NCBI GenBank assembly: GCA_964057225.1
Contig: CAXKVF010000073.1
Span: 496,001 to 560,000, forward strand
Source: Auanema rhodensis
Lineage: Eukaryota > Animalia > Nematoda
Direction: 5' to 3'
DNA: 64,000 nt
Each line of letters starts with the position of its first letter. Within the stretch, counting starts at the first letter, position 1. The position numbers and the translations under genes are program-made. The notes below the pieces were generated by a model that saw nothing but the letters and a program-made list of their open reading frames with translations, ran no database searches and had not been told where the DNA came from. Shown piece by piece: positions 28,865 through 43,800 of the stretch.

Positions 28865-31800
28865 ATACCAAGTGCACATCACGTGTACATTTAATTAGCA
28901 TAAATTAAAGTTCACGTAAATTTCAAAGTCATGGTTACCATGCACCAATATCAATAAAAATTTGTTTTTAGACTAATATGGACATGGGGAATCTAATTTT
29001 GAAAACCGCATCTCTTTATCTTTCACGTGAAGCGAGTTACATACCAAGTGCACATCACGTGTAAATTTAATTAGCATAAATTAAAGTTCACGTAAATTTC
29101 AAAGTCATGGTTATCATGAACCAATATCAATAAAAATTTGTTTTTAGACTAATATGGACATGGGGAATTTAATTTTGAAAACCGCATCTCTTTATCTTTC
29201 ACGTGAAGCGAGTTACATACCAAGTGCACATCACGTGTACATTTAATTAGCATAAATTAAAGTTCACGTAAATTTCAAAGTCATGGTTACCATGCACCAA
29301 TATCAATAAAAATTTGTTTTTAGACTAATATGGACTTGGGGAATCTAATTTTGAAAACCGCATCTCTTTATCTTTCACGTGAAGCGAGTTACATACCAAG
29401 TGCACATCACGTGTAAATTTAATTAGCATAAATTAAAGTTCACGTAAATTTCAAAGTCATGGTTATCATGAACCAATATCAATAAAAATTTGTTTTTAGA
29501 CTAATATGGACATGGGGAATCTAATTTTGAAAACCGCATCTCTTTATCTTTCACGTGAAGCGAGTTACATACCAAGTGCACATCACGTGTACATTTAATT
29601 AGCATAAATTAAAGTTCACGTAAATTTCAAAGTCATGGTTACCATGCACCAATATCAATAAAAATTTGTTTTTAGACTAATATGGACATGGGGAATCAAA
29701 TTTTGAAAACCGCATCTCTTTATCTTTCACGTGAAGCGAGTTACATACCAAGTGCACATCACGTGTACATTTAATTAGCATAAATTAAAGTTCACGTAAA
29801 TTTCAAAGTCATGGTTACCATGAACCAATATCAATAAAAATTTGTTTTTAGACTAATATGGACATGGGGAATCTAATTTTGAAAACCGCATCTCTTTATC
29901 TTTCACGTGAAGCGAGTTACATACCAAGTGCACATCACGTGTACATTTAATTAGCATAAATTAAAGTTCACGTAAATTTCAAAGTCATGGTTACCATGCA
30001 CCAATATCAATAAAAATTTGTTTTTAGACTAATATGGACATGGGGAATCTAATTTTGAAAACCGCATCTCTTTATCTTTCACGTGAAGCGAGTTACATAC
30101 CAAGTGCACATCACGTGTAAATTTAATTAGCATAAATTAAAGTTCACGTAAATTTCAAAGTCATGGTTATCATGAACCAATATCAATAAAAATTTGTTTT
30201 TAGACTAATATGGACATGGGGAATCAAATTTTGAAAACCGCATCTCTTTATCTTTCACGTGAAGCGAGTTACATACCAAGTGCACATCACGTGTACATTT
30301 AATTAGCATAAATTAAAGTTCACGTAAATTTCAAAGTCATGGTTATCATGAAACAATATCAATAAAAATTTGTTTTTAGACTAATATGGACATGGGGAAT
30401 CTAATTTTGAAAACCGCATCTCTTTATCTTTCACGTGAAGCGAGTTACATACCAAGTGCACATCACGTGTACATTTAATTAGCATAAATTAAAGTTCACG
30501 TAAATTTCAAAGTCATGGTTATCATGAACCAATATCAATAAAAATTTGTTTTTAGACTAATATGGACATGGGGAATCTAATTTTGAAAACCGCATCTCTT
30601 TATCTTTCACGTGAAGCGAGTTACATACCAAGTGCACATCACGTGTACATTTAATTAGCATAAATTAAAGTTCACGTAAATTTCAAAGTCATGGTTACCA
30701 TGCACCAATATCAATAAAAATTTGTTTTTAGACTAATATGGACATGGGGAATCAAATTTTGAAAACCGCATCTCTTTATCTTTCACGTGAAGCGAGTTAC
30801 ATACCAAGTGCACATCACGTGTACATTTAATTAGCATAAATTAAAGTTCACGTAAATTTCAAAGTCATGGTTACCATGCACCAATATCAATAAAAATTTG
30901 TTTTTAGACTAATATGGACATGGGGAATCTAATTTTGAAAACCGCATCTCTTTATCTTTCACGTGAAGCGAGTTACATACCAAGTGCACATCGCGTGTAA
31001 ATTTAATTAGCATAAATTAAAGTTCACGTAAATTTCAAAGTCATGGTTATCATGAACCAATATCAATAAAAATTTGTTTTTAGACTAATATGGACATGGG
31101 GAATCTAATTTTGAAAACCGCATCTCTTTATCTTTCACGTGAAGCGAGTTACATACCAAGTGCACATCACGTGTACATTTAATTAGCATAAATTAAAGTT
31201 CACGTAAATTTCAAAGTCATGGTTACCATGCACCAATATCAATAAAAATTTGTTTTTAGACTAATATAGACATGGGGAATCTAATTTTGAAAACCGCATC
31301 TCTTTATCTTTCACGTGAAGCGAGTTACATACCAAGTGCACATCACGTGTAAATTTAATTAGCATAAATTAAAGTTCACGTAAATTTCAAAGTCATGGTT
31401 ATCATGAACCAATATCAATAAAAATTTGTTTTTAGACTAATATGGACATGGGGAATCTAATTTTGAAAACCGCATCTCTTTATCTTTCACGTGAAGCGAG
31501 TTACATACCAAGTGCACATCACGTGTACATTTAATTAGCATAAATTAAAGTTCACGTAAATTTCAAAGTCATGGTTACCATGCACCAATATCAATAAAAA
31601 TTTGTTTTTAGACTAATATGGACATGGGGAATCAAATTTTGAAAACCGCATCTCTTTATCTTTCACGTGAAGCGAGTTACATACCAAGTGCACATCACGT
31701 GTACATTTAATTAGCATAAATTAAAGTTCACGTAAATTTCAAAGTCATGGTTACCATGAACCAATATCAATAAAAATTTGTTTTTAGACTAATATGGACA

Positions 31801-32384
31801 TGGGGAATCTAATTTTGAAAACCGCATCTCTTTATCTTTCACGTGAAGCGAGTTACATACCAAGTGCACATCACGTGTACATTTAATTAGCATAAATTAA
31901 AGTTCACGTAAATTTCAAAGTCATGGTTACCATGCACCAATATCAATAAAAATTTGTTTTTAGACTAATATGGACATGGGGAATCTAATTTTGAAAACCG
32001 CATCTCTTTATCTTTCACGTGAAGCGAGTTACATACCAAGTGCACATCACGTGTAAATTTAATTAGCATAAATTAAAATTCACGTAAATTTCAAAGTCAT
32101 GGTTACCATGAACCAATATCAATAAAAGTTTGTTTTTAGACTAATATGGACATGGGGAATCAAATTTTGAAAACCGCATCTCTTTATCTTTCACGTGAAG
32201 CGAGTTACATACCAAGTGCACATCACGTGTACATTTAATTAGCATAAATTAAAGTTCACGTAAATTTCAAAGTCATGGTTATCATGAAACAATATCAATA
32301 AAAATTTGTTTTTAGACTAATATGGACATGGGGAATCTAATTTTGAAAACCGCATCTCTTTATCTTTCACGTGAAGCGAGTTAC
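28865..32384. repeat. Older, diverged duplication of ~9 monomers at an 11-monomer (1936 bp) offset
   Basis: 28865-30448 and 30801-32384 share monomer order but carry several private SNPs (129T and 120T versus 17G, 116A, 46A, 96G). Confidence 0.6.
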
Positions 32385-35300
32385 ATACCAAGTGCACATC
32401 ACGTGTACATTTAATTAGCATAAATTAAAGTTCACGTAAATTTCAAAGTCATGGTTACCATGCACCAATATCAATAAAAATTTGTTTTTAGACTAATATG
32501 GACATGGGGAATCTAATTTTGAAAACCGCATCTCTTTATCTTTCACGTGAAGCGAGTTACATACCAAGTGCACATCACGTGTACATTTAATTAGCATGAA
32601 TTAAAGTTCACGTAAATTTCAAAGTCATGGTTACCATGAACCAATATCAATAAAAATTTGTTTTTAGACTAATATGGACATGGGGAATCTAATTTTGAAA
32701 ACCGCATCTCTTTATCTTTCACGTGAAGCGAGTTACATACCAAGTGCACATCACGTGTACATTTAATTAGCATAAATTAAAGTTCACGTAAATTTCAAAG
32801 TCATGGTTACCATGAACCAATATCAATAAAAATTTGTTTTTAGACTAATATGGACATGGGGAATCAAATTTTGAAAACCGCATCTCTTTATCTTTCACGT
32901 GAAGCGAGTTACATACCAAGTGCACATCACGTGTACATTTAATTAGCATAAATTAAAGTTCACGTATATTTCAAAGTCATGGTTATCATGAAACAATACC
33001 AATAAAAATTTGTTTTTAGACTAATATGGACATGGGGAATCTAATTTTGAAAACCGCATCTCTTTATCTTTCACGTGAAGCGAGTTACATACCAAGTGCA
33101 CATCACGTGTACATTTAATTAGCATAAATTAAAGTTCACGTAAATTTCAAAGTCATGGTTACCATGCACCAATATCAATAAAAATTTGTTTTTAGACTAA
33201 TATGGACATGGGGAATCTAATTTTGAAAACCGCATCTCTTTATCTTTCACGTGAAGCGAGTTACATACCAAGTGCACATCACGTGTACATTTAATTAGCA
33301 TGAATTAAAGTTCACGTAAATTTCAAAGTCATGGTTACCATGAACCAATATCAATAAAAATTTGTTTTTAGACTAATATGGACATGGGGAATCTAATTTT
33401 GAAAACCGCATCTCTTTATCTTTCACGTGAAGCGAGTTACATACCAAGTGCACATCACGTGTACATTTAATTAGCATAAATTAAAGTTCACGTAAATTTC
33501 AAAGTCATGGTTACCATGAACCAATATCAATAAAAATTTGTTTTTAGACTAATATGCACATGGGGAATCTAATTTTGAAAACCGCATCTCTTTATCTTTC
33601 ACGTGAAGCGAGTTACATACCAAGTGCACATCACGTGTACATTTAATTAGCATAAATTAAAGTTCACGTAAATTTCAAAGTCATGGTTACCATGCACCAA
33701 TATCAATAAAAATTTGTTTTGAGACTAATATGGACATGGGGAATCTAATTTTGAAAACCGCATCTCTTTATCTTTCACGTGAAGCGAGTTACATACCAAG
33801 TGCACATCACGTGTACATTTAATTAGCATAAATTAAAGTTCACGTATATTTCAAAGTCATGGTTACCATGCACCAATATCAATAAAAATTTGTTTTTAGA
33901 CTAATATGGACATGGGGAATCTAATTTTGAAAACCGCATCTCTTTATCTTTCACGTGAAGCGAGTTACATACCAAGTGCACATCACGTGTACATTTAATT
34001 AGCATGAATTAAAGTTCACGTAAATTTCAAAGTCATGGTTACCATGAACCAATATCAATAAAAATTTGTTTTTAGACTAATATGGACATGGGGAATCTAA
34101 TTTTGAAAATCGCATCTCTTTATCTTTCACGTGAAGCGAGTTACATACCAAGTGCACATCACGTGTACATTTAATTAGCATAAATTAAAGTTCACGTAAA
34201 TTTCAAAGTCATGGTTACCATGAACCAATATCAATAAAAATTTGTTTTTAGACTAATATGGACATGGGGAATCTAATTTTGAAAACCGCATCTCTTTATC
34301 TTCCACGTGAAGCGAGTTACATACCAAGTGCACATCACGTGTACATTTAATTAGCATAAATTAAAGTTCACGTAAATTTCAAAGTCATGGTTACCATGAA
34401 CCAATATCAATAAAAATTTGTTTTTAGACTAATATGGACATGGGGAATCTAATTTTGAAAACCGCATCTCTTTATCTTTCACGTGAAGCGAGTTACATAC
34501 CAAGTGCACATCACGTGTAAATTTAATTAGCATAAATTAAAGTTCACGTAAATTTCAAAGTCATGGTTACCATGAACCAATATCAATAAAAGTTTGTTTT
34601 TAGACTAATATGGACATGGGGAATCAAATTTTGAAAACCGCATCTCTTTATCTTTCACGTGAAGCGAGTTACATACCAAGTGCACATCACGTGTACATTT
34701 AATTAGCATAAATTAAAGTTCACGTAAATTTCAAAGTCATGGTTATCATGAAACAATATCAATAAAAATTTGTTTTTAGACTAATATGGACATGGGGAAT
34801 CTAATTTTGAAAACCGCATCTCTTTATCTTTCACGTGAAGCGAGTTACATACCAAGTGCACATCACGTGTACATTTAATTAGCATAAATTAAAGTTCACG
34901 TAAATTTCAAAGTCATGGTTACCATGCACCAATATCAATAAAAATTTGTTTTGAGACTAATATGGACATGGGGAATCTAATTTTGAAAACCGCATCTCTT
35001 TATCTTTCACGTGAAGCGAGTTACATACCAAGTGCACATCACGTGTAAATTTAATTAGCATAAATTAAAGTTCACGTAAATTTCAAAGTCATGGTTACCA
35101 TGAACCAATATCAATAAAAGTTTGTTTTTAGACTAATATGGACATGGGGAATCAAATTTTGAAAACCGCATCTCTTTATCTTTCACGTGAAGCGAGTTAC
35201 ATACCAAGTGCACATCACGTGTACATTTAATTAGCATAAATTAAAGTTCACGTAAATTTCAAAGTCATGGTTACCATGAACCAATATCAATAAAAATTTG

Positions 35301-38300
35301 TTTTTAGACTAATATGGACATGGGGAATCTAATTTTGAAAACCGCATCTCTTTATCTTTCACGTGAAGCGAGTTACATACCAAGTGCACATCACGTGTAA
35401 ATTTAATTAGCATAAATTAAAGTTCACGTAAATTTCAAAGTCATGGTTACCATGAACCAATATCAATAAAAGTTTGTTTTTAGACTAATATGGACATGGG
35501 GAATCAAATTTTGAAAACCGCATCTCTTTATCTTTCACGTGAAGCGAGTTACATACCAAGTGCACATCACGTGTACATTTAATTAGCATAAATTAAAGTT
35601 CACGTAAATTTCAAAGTCATGGTTATCATGAAACAATATCAATAAAAATTTGTTTTTAGACTAATATGGACATGGGGAATCTAATTTTGAAAACCGCATC
35701 TCTTTATCTTTCACGTGAAGCGAGTTACATACCAAGTGCACATCACGTGTACATTTAATTAGCATGAATTAAAGTTCACGTAAATTTCAAAGTCATGGTT
35801 ACCATGCACCAATATCAATAAAAATTTGTTTTTAGACTAATATGGACATGGGGAATCTAATTTAGAATACCGCATCTCTTTATCTTTCACGTGAAGCGAG
35901 TTACATACCAAGTGCACATCACGTGTACATTTAATTAGCATAAATTAAAGTTCACGTAAATTTCAAAGTCATGGTTACCATGCACCAATATCAATAAAAA
36001 TTTGTTTTTAGACTAATATGGACATGGGGAATCTAATTTTGAAAACCGCATCTCTTTATCTTTCACGTGAAGCGAGTTACATACCAAGTGCACATCACGT
36101 GTACATTTAATTAGCATGAATTAAAGTTCACGTAAATTTCAAAGTCATGGTTACCATGAACCAATATCAATAAAAATTTGTTTTTAGACTAATATGGACA
36201 TGGGGAATCTAATTTTGAAAACCGCATCTCTTTATCTTTCACGTGAAGCGAGTTACATACCAAGTGCACATCACGTGTACATTTAATTAGCATAAATTAA
36301 AGTTCACGTAAATTTCAAAGTCATGGTTACCATGAACCAATATCAATAAAAATTTGTTTTTAGACTAATATGGGCATGGGGAATCTAATTTTGAAAACCG
36401 CATCTCTTTATCTTTCACGTGAAGCGAGTTACATACCAAGTGCACATCACGTGTACATTTAATTAGCATAAATTAAAGTTCACGTAAATTTCAAAGTCAT
36501 GGTTACCATGCACCAATATCAATAAAAATTTGTTTTTAGACTAATATGGACATGGGGAATCTAATTTTGAAAACCGCATCTCTTTATCTTTCACGTGAAG
36601 CGAGTTACATACCAAGTGCACATCACGTGTAAATTTAATTAGCATAAATTAAAGTTCACGTAAATTTCAAAGTCATGGTTACCATGCACCAATATCAATA
36701 AAAATTTGTTTTTAGACTAATATGGACATGGGGAATCAAATTGTGAAAACCGCATCTCTTTATCTTTCACGTGAAGCGAGTTACATACCAAGTGCACATC
36801 ACGTGTAAATTTAATTAGCATAAATTAAAGTTCACGTAAATTTCAAAGTCATGGTTACCATGAACCAATATTAATAAAAATTTGTTTTTAGACTAATATG
36901 GACATGGGGAATCTAATTTTGAAAACCGCATCTCTTCATCTTTCACGTGAAGCGAGTTACATACCAAGTGCACATCACGTGTACATTTAATTAGCATAAA
37001 TTAAAGTTCACGTAAATTTCAAAGTCATGGTTACCATGAACCAATATCAATAAAAATTTGTTTTTAGACTAATATGGACATGGGGAATCTAATTTTGAAA
37101 ACAGCATCTCTTTATCTTTCCGTGAAGCGAGTTACATACCAAGTGCACATCACGTGTACATTTAATTAGCATAAATTAAAGTTCACGTAAATTTCAAAGT
37201 CATGGTTACCATGCACCAATATCAATAAAATTTTGTTTTTAGACTAATATGGACATGGGGAATCTGATTTTGAAAACCGCATCTCTTTATCTTTCACGTG
37301 AAGCGAGTTACATACCAAGTGCACATCACGTGTACATTTAATTAGCATAAATTAAAGTTCACGTAAATTTCAAAGTCATGGTTACCATGCACCAATATCA
37401 ATAAAATTTTGTTTTTAGACTAATATGGACATGGGGAATCTAATTTTGAAAACAGCATCTCTTCATCTTTCACGTGAAGCGAGTTACATACCAAGTGCAC
37501 ATCACGTGTACATTTAATTAGCATAAATTAAAGTTCACGTAAATTTCAAAGTCATGGTTACCATGCACCAATATCAATAAAAATTTGTTTTTAGACTAAT
37601 ATGGACATGGGGAATCTAATTTTGAAAACCGCATCTCTTTATCTTTCACGTGAAGCGAGTTACATACCAAGTGCACATCACGTGTACATTTAATTAGCAT
37701 AAATTAAAGTTCACGTAAATTTCAAAGTCATGGTTACCATGCACCAATATCAATAAAAATTTGTTTTTAGACTAATATGGACATGGGGAATCTAATTTTG
37801 AAAACCGCATCTCTTTATCTTTCACGTGAAGCGAGTTACATACCAAGTGCACATCACGTGTACATTTAATTAGCATAAATTAAAGTTCACGTAAATTTCA
37901 AAGTCATGGTTACCATACACCAATATCAATAAAAATTTGTTTTTAGACTAATATGGACATGGGGAATCTAATTTTGAAAACCGCATCTCTTTATCTTTCA
38001 CGTGAAGCGAGTTACATACCAAGTGCACATCACGTGTACATTTAATTAGCATAAATTAAAGTTCACGTAAATTTCAAAGTCATGGTTACCATGCACCAAT
38101 ATCAATAAAAATTTGTTTTTAGACTAATATGGACATGGGGAATCTAATTTTGAAAACCGCATCTCTTTATCTTTCACGTGAAGCGAGTTACATACCAAGT
38201 GCACATCACGTGTACATTTAATTAGCATAAATTAAAGTTCACGTAAATTTCAAAGTCATGGTTACCATGAACCAATATCAATAAAAATTTGTTTTCAGAC

Positions 38301-38719
38301 TAATATGGACATGGGGAATCTAATTTTGAAAACCGCATCTCTTTATCTTTCACGTGAAGCGAGTTACATACCAAGTGCACATCACGTGTACATTTAATTA
38401 GCATAAATTAAAGTTCACGTAAATTTCAAAGTCATGGTTACCATGAACCAATATCAATAAAAATTTGTTTTTAGACTAATATGGACATGGGGAATCTAAT
38501 TTTGAAAACCGCATCTCTTCATCTTTCACGTGAAGCGAGTTACATACCAAGTGCACATCACGTGTACATTTAATTAGCATAAATTAAAGTTCACGTAAAT
38601 TTCAAAGTCATGGTTACCATGAACCAATATCAATAAAAATTTGTTTTTAGACTAATATGGACATGGGGAATCTAATTTTGAAAACCGCATCTCTTTATCT
38701 TTCACGTGAAGCGAGTTAC

Positions 38720-40829
38720 ATACCAAGTGCACATCACGTGTACATTTAATTAGCATAAATTAAAGTTCACGTAAATTTCAAAGTCATGGTTACCATGAAC
38801 CAATATCAATAAAAATTTGTTTTTAGACTAATATGGACATGGGGAATCTAATTTTGAAAACCGCATCTCTTTATCTTTCACGTGAAGCGAGTTACATACC
38901 AAGTGCACATCACGTGTACATTTAATTAGCATAAATTAAAGTTCACGTAAATTTCAAAGTCATGGTTACCATGAACCAATATCAATAAAAATTTGTTTTT
39001 AGACTAATATGGACATGGGGAATCTAATTTTGAAAACCGCATCTCTTTATCTTTCACGTGAAGCGAGTTACATACCAAGTGCACATCACGTGTACATTTA
39101 ATTAGCATAAATTAAAGTTCACGTAAATTTCAAAGTCATAGTTACCATGAACCAATATCAATAAAAATTTGTTTTTAGACTAATATGGACATGGGGAATC
39201 TAATTTTGAAAACCGCATCTCTTTATCTTTCACGTGAAGCGAGTTACATACCAAGTGCACATCACGTGTACATTTAATTAGCATAAATTAAAGTTCACGT
39301 AAATTTCAAAGTCATGGTTACCATGAAGCAATATCAATAAAAATTTCTTTTAGACTAATATGGACATGGGAAATCTAATTTTGAAAACCGCATCTCTTTA
39401 TCTTTCACGTGAAGCGAGTTACATACCAAGTGCACATCACGTGTACATTTAATTAGCATAAATTAAAGTTCACGTAAATTTCAAAGTCATGGTTACCATG
39501 AACCAATATCAATAAAAATTTGTTTTTAGACTAATATGGACATGGGGAATCTAATTTTGAAAACCGCATCTCTTTATCTTTCACGTGAAGCGAGTTACAT
39601 ACCAAGTGCACATCACGTGTACATTTAATTAGCATAAATTAAAGTTCACGTAAATTTCAAAGTCATGGTTACCATGCACCAATATCAATAAAAATTTGTT
39701 TTTAGACTAATATGGACATGGGGGATCTAATTTTGAAAACCGCATCTGTTTATCTTTCACGTGAAGCGAGTTACATACCAAGTGCACATCACGTGTACAT
39801 TTAATTAGCATAAATTAAAGTTCACGTAAATTTCAAAGTCATGGTTACCATGAACCAATATCAATAAAAATTTGTTTTTAGACTAATATGGACATGGGGA
39901 ATCTAATTTTGAAAACCGCATCTCTTTATCTTTCACGTGAAGCGAGTTACATACCAAGTGCACATCACGTGTACATTTAATTAGCATAAATTAAAGTTCA
40001 CGTAAATTTCAAAGTCATGGTTACCATGAACCAATATCAATAAAAATTTGTTTTTAGACTAATATGGACATGGGGAATCTAATTTTGAAAACCGCATCTC
40101 TTTATCTTTCACGTGAAGCGAGTTACATACCAAGTGCACATCACGTGTACATTTAATTAGCATAAATTAAAGTTCACGTAAATTTCAAAGTCATAGTTAC
40201 CATGAACCAATATCAATAAAAATTTGTTTTTAGACTAATATGGACATGGGGAATCTAATTTTGAAAACCGCATCTCTTTATCTTTCACGTGAAGCGAGTT
40301 ACATACCAAGTGCACATCACGTGTACATTTAATTAGCATAAATTAAAGTTCACGTAAATTTCAAAGTCATGGTTACCATGAAGCAATATCAATAAAAATT
40401 TCTTTTAGACTAATATGGACATGGGAAATCTAATTTTGAAAACCGCATCTCTTTATCTTTCACGTGAAGCGAGTTACATACCAAGTGCACATCACGTGTA
40501 CATTTAATTAGCATAAATTAAAGTTCACGTAAATTTCAAAGTCATGGTTACCATGAACCAATATCAATAAAAATTTGTTTTTAGACTAATATGGACATGG
40601 GGAATCTAATTTTGAAAACCGCATCTCTTTATCTTTCACGTGAAGCGAGTTACATACCAAGTGCACATCACGTGTACATTTAATTAGCATAAATTAAAGT
40701 TCACGTAAATTTCAAAGTCATGGTTACCATGCACCAATATCAATAAAAATTTGTTTTTAGACTAATATGGACATGGGGGATCTAATTTTGAAAACCGCAT
40801 CTGTTTATCTTTCACGTGAAGCGAGTTAC
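38720..40829. repeat. 6-mer (1055 bp) tandem duplication private to copy 1 of the 14-kb unit
   Basis: The 69A monomer, the 175-bp 81G monomer and the 126G+150G monomer repeat at a 1055-bp offset. The matching region of copy 2 has them once. Confidence 0.82.
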
Positions 40830-43800
40830 ATACCAAGTGCACATCACGTGTACATTTAATTAGCATAAATTAAAGTTCACGTAAATTTCAAAGTCATGGT
40901 TACCATGAACCAATATCAATAAAAATTTGTTTTTAGACTAATATGGACATGGGGAATCTAATTTTGAGAACCGCATCTCTTTATCTTTCACGTGAAGCGA
41001 GTTACATACCAAGTGCACATCACGTGTACATTTAATTAGCATAAATTAAAGTTCACGTAAATTTCAAAGTCATGGTTACCATGAACCAATATCAATAAAA
41101 ATTTGTTTTTAGACTAATATGGACATGGGAAATCTAATTTTGAAAACCGCATCTCTTTATCTTTCACGTGAAGCGAGTTACATACCAAGTGCACATCACG
41201 TGTACATTTAATTAGCATAAATTAAAGTTCACGTAAATTTCAAAGTCATGGTTACCATGAAGCAATATCAATAAAAATTTGTTTTTAGACTAATATGGAC
41301 ATGGGGAATCTAATTTTGAAAACCGCATCTCTTTATCTTTCACGTGAAGCGAGTTACATACCAAGTGCACATCACGTGTACATTTAATTAGCATAAATTA
41401 AAGTTCACGTAAATTTCAAAGTCATGGTTACCATGCACCAATATCAATAAAAATTTGTTTTTAGACTAATATGGACATGGGGGATCTAATTTTGAAAACC
41501 GCATCTCTTTATCTTTCACGTGAAGCAAGTTACATACCAAGTGCACATCACGTGTACATTTAATTAGCATAAATTAAAGTTCACGTAAATTTCAAAGTCA
41601 TGGTTACCATGAACCAATATCAATAAAAATTTGTTTTTAGACTAATATGGACATGGGGAATCTAATTTTGAAAACCGCATCTCTTTATCTTTCACGTGAA
41701 GCGAGTTACATACCAAGTGCACATCACGTGTACATTTAATTAGCATAAATTAAAGTTCACGTAAATTTCAAAGTCATGGTTACCATGAACCAATATTAAT
41801 AAAAATTTGTTTTTAGACTAATATGGACATGGGGAATCTAATTTTGAAAACCGCATCTCTTTATCTTTCACGTGAAGCGAGTTACATACCAAGTGCACAT
41901 CACGTGTACATTTAATTAGCATAAATTAAAGTTCACGTAAATTTCAAAGTCATGGTTACCATGCACCAATATCAATAAAAATTTGTTTTTAGACTAATAT
42001 GGACATGGGGAATCTAATTTTGAAAACCGCATCTCTTCATCTTTCACGTGAAGCGAGTTACATACCAAGTGCACATCACGTGTACATTTAATTAGCATAA
42101 ATTAAAGTTCACGTAAATTTCAAAGTCATGGTTACCATTCACCAATATCAATAAAAATTTGTTTTTAGACTAATATGGACATGGGGAATCTAATTTTGAA
42201 AACCGCATCTCTTTATCTTTCACGTGAAGCGAGTTACATACCAAGTGCACATCACGTGTACATTTAATTAGCATAAATTAAAGTTCACGTAAATTTCAAA
42301 GTCATGGTTACCATGAACCAATATCAATAAAAATTTGTTTTTAGACTAATATGGACATGGGGAATCTAATTTTGAAAACCGCATCTCTTTATCTTTCCGT
42401 GAAGCGAGTTACATACCAAGTGCACATCACGTGTACATTTAATTAGCATAAATTAAAGTTCACGTAAATTTCAAAGTCATGGTTACCATGCACCAATATC
42501 AATAAAATTTTGTTTTTAGACTAATATGGACATGGGGAATCTAATTTTGAAAACCGCATCTCTTTATCTTTCACGTGAAGCGAGTTACATACCAAGTGCA
42601 CATCACGTGTACATTTAATTAGCATAAATTAAAGTTCACGTAAATTTCAAAGTCATGGTTACCATGCACCAATATCAATAAAATTTTGTTTTTAGACTAA
42701 TATGGACATGGGGAATCTAATTTTGAAAACAGCATCTCTTCATCTTTCACGTGAAGCGAGTTACATACCAAGTGCACATCACGTGTACATTTAATTAGCA
42801 TAAATTAAAGTTCACGTAAATTTCAAAGTCATGGTTACCATGCACCAATATCAATAAAAATTTGTTTTTAGACTAATATGGACATGGGGAATCTAATTTT
42901 GAAAACCGCATCTCTTTATCTTTCACGTGAAGCGAGTTACATACCAAGTGCACATCACGTGTACATTTAATTAGCATAAATTAAAGTTCACGTAAATTTC
43001 AAAGTCATGGTTACCATGCACCAATATCAATAAAAATTTGTTTTTAGACTAATATGGACATGGGGAATCTAATTTTGAAAACCGCATCTCTTTATCTTTC
43101 ACGTGAAGCGAGTTACATACCAAGTGCACATCACGTGTACATTTAATTAGCATAAATTAAAGTTCACGTAAATTTCAAAGTCATGGTTACCATACACCAA
43201 TATCAATAAAAATTTGTTTTTAGACTAATATGGACATGGGGAATCTAATTTTGAAAACCGCATCTCTTTATCTTTCACGTGAAGCGAGTTACATACCAAG
43301 TGCACATCACGTGTACATTTAATTAGCATAAATTAAAGTTCACGTAAATTTCAAAGTCATGGTTACCATGCACCAATATCAATAAAAATTTGTTTTTAGA
43401 CTAATATGGACATGGGGAATCTAATTTTGAAAACCGCATCTCTTTATCTTTCACGTGAAGCGAGTTACATACCAAGTGCACATCACGTGTACATTTAATT
43501 AGCATAAATTAAAGTTCACGTAAATTTCAAAGTCATGGTTACCATGAACCAATATCAATAAAAATTTGTTTTCAGACTAATATGGACATGGGGAATCTAA
43601 TTTTGAAAACCGCATCTCTTTATCTTTCACGTGAAGCGAGTTACATACCAAGTGCACATCACGTGTACATTTAATTAGCATAAATTAAAGTTCACGTAAA
43701 TTTCAAAGTCATGGTTACCATGCACCAATATCAATAAAAATTTGTTTTTAGACTAATATGGAAATGGGGAATCTAATTTTGAAAACCGCATCTCTTCATC

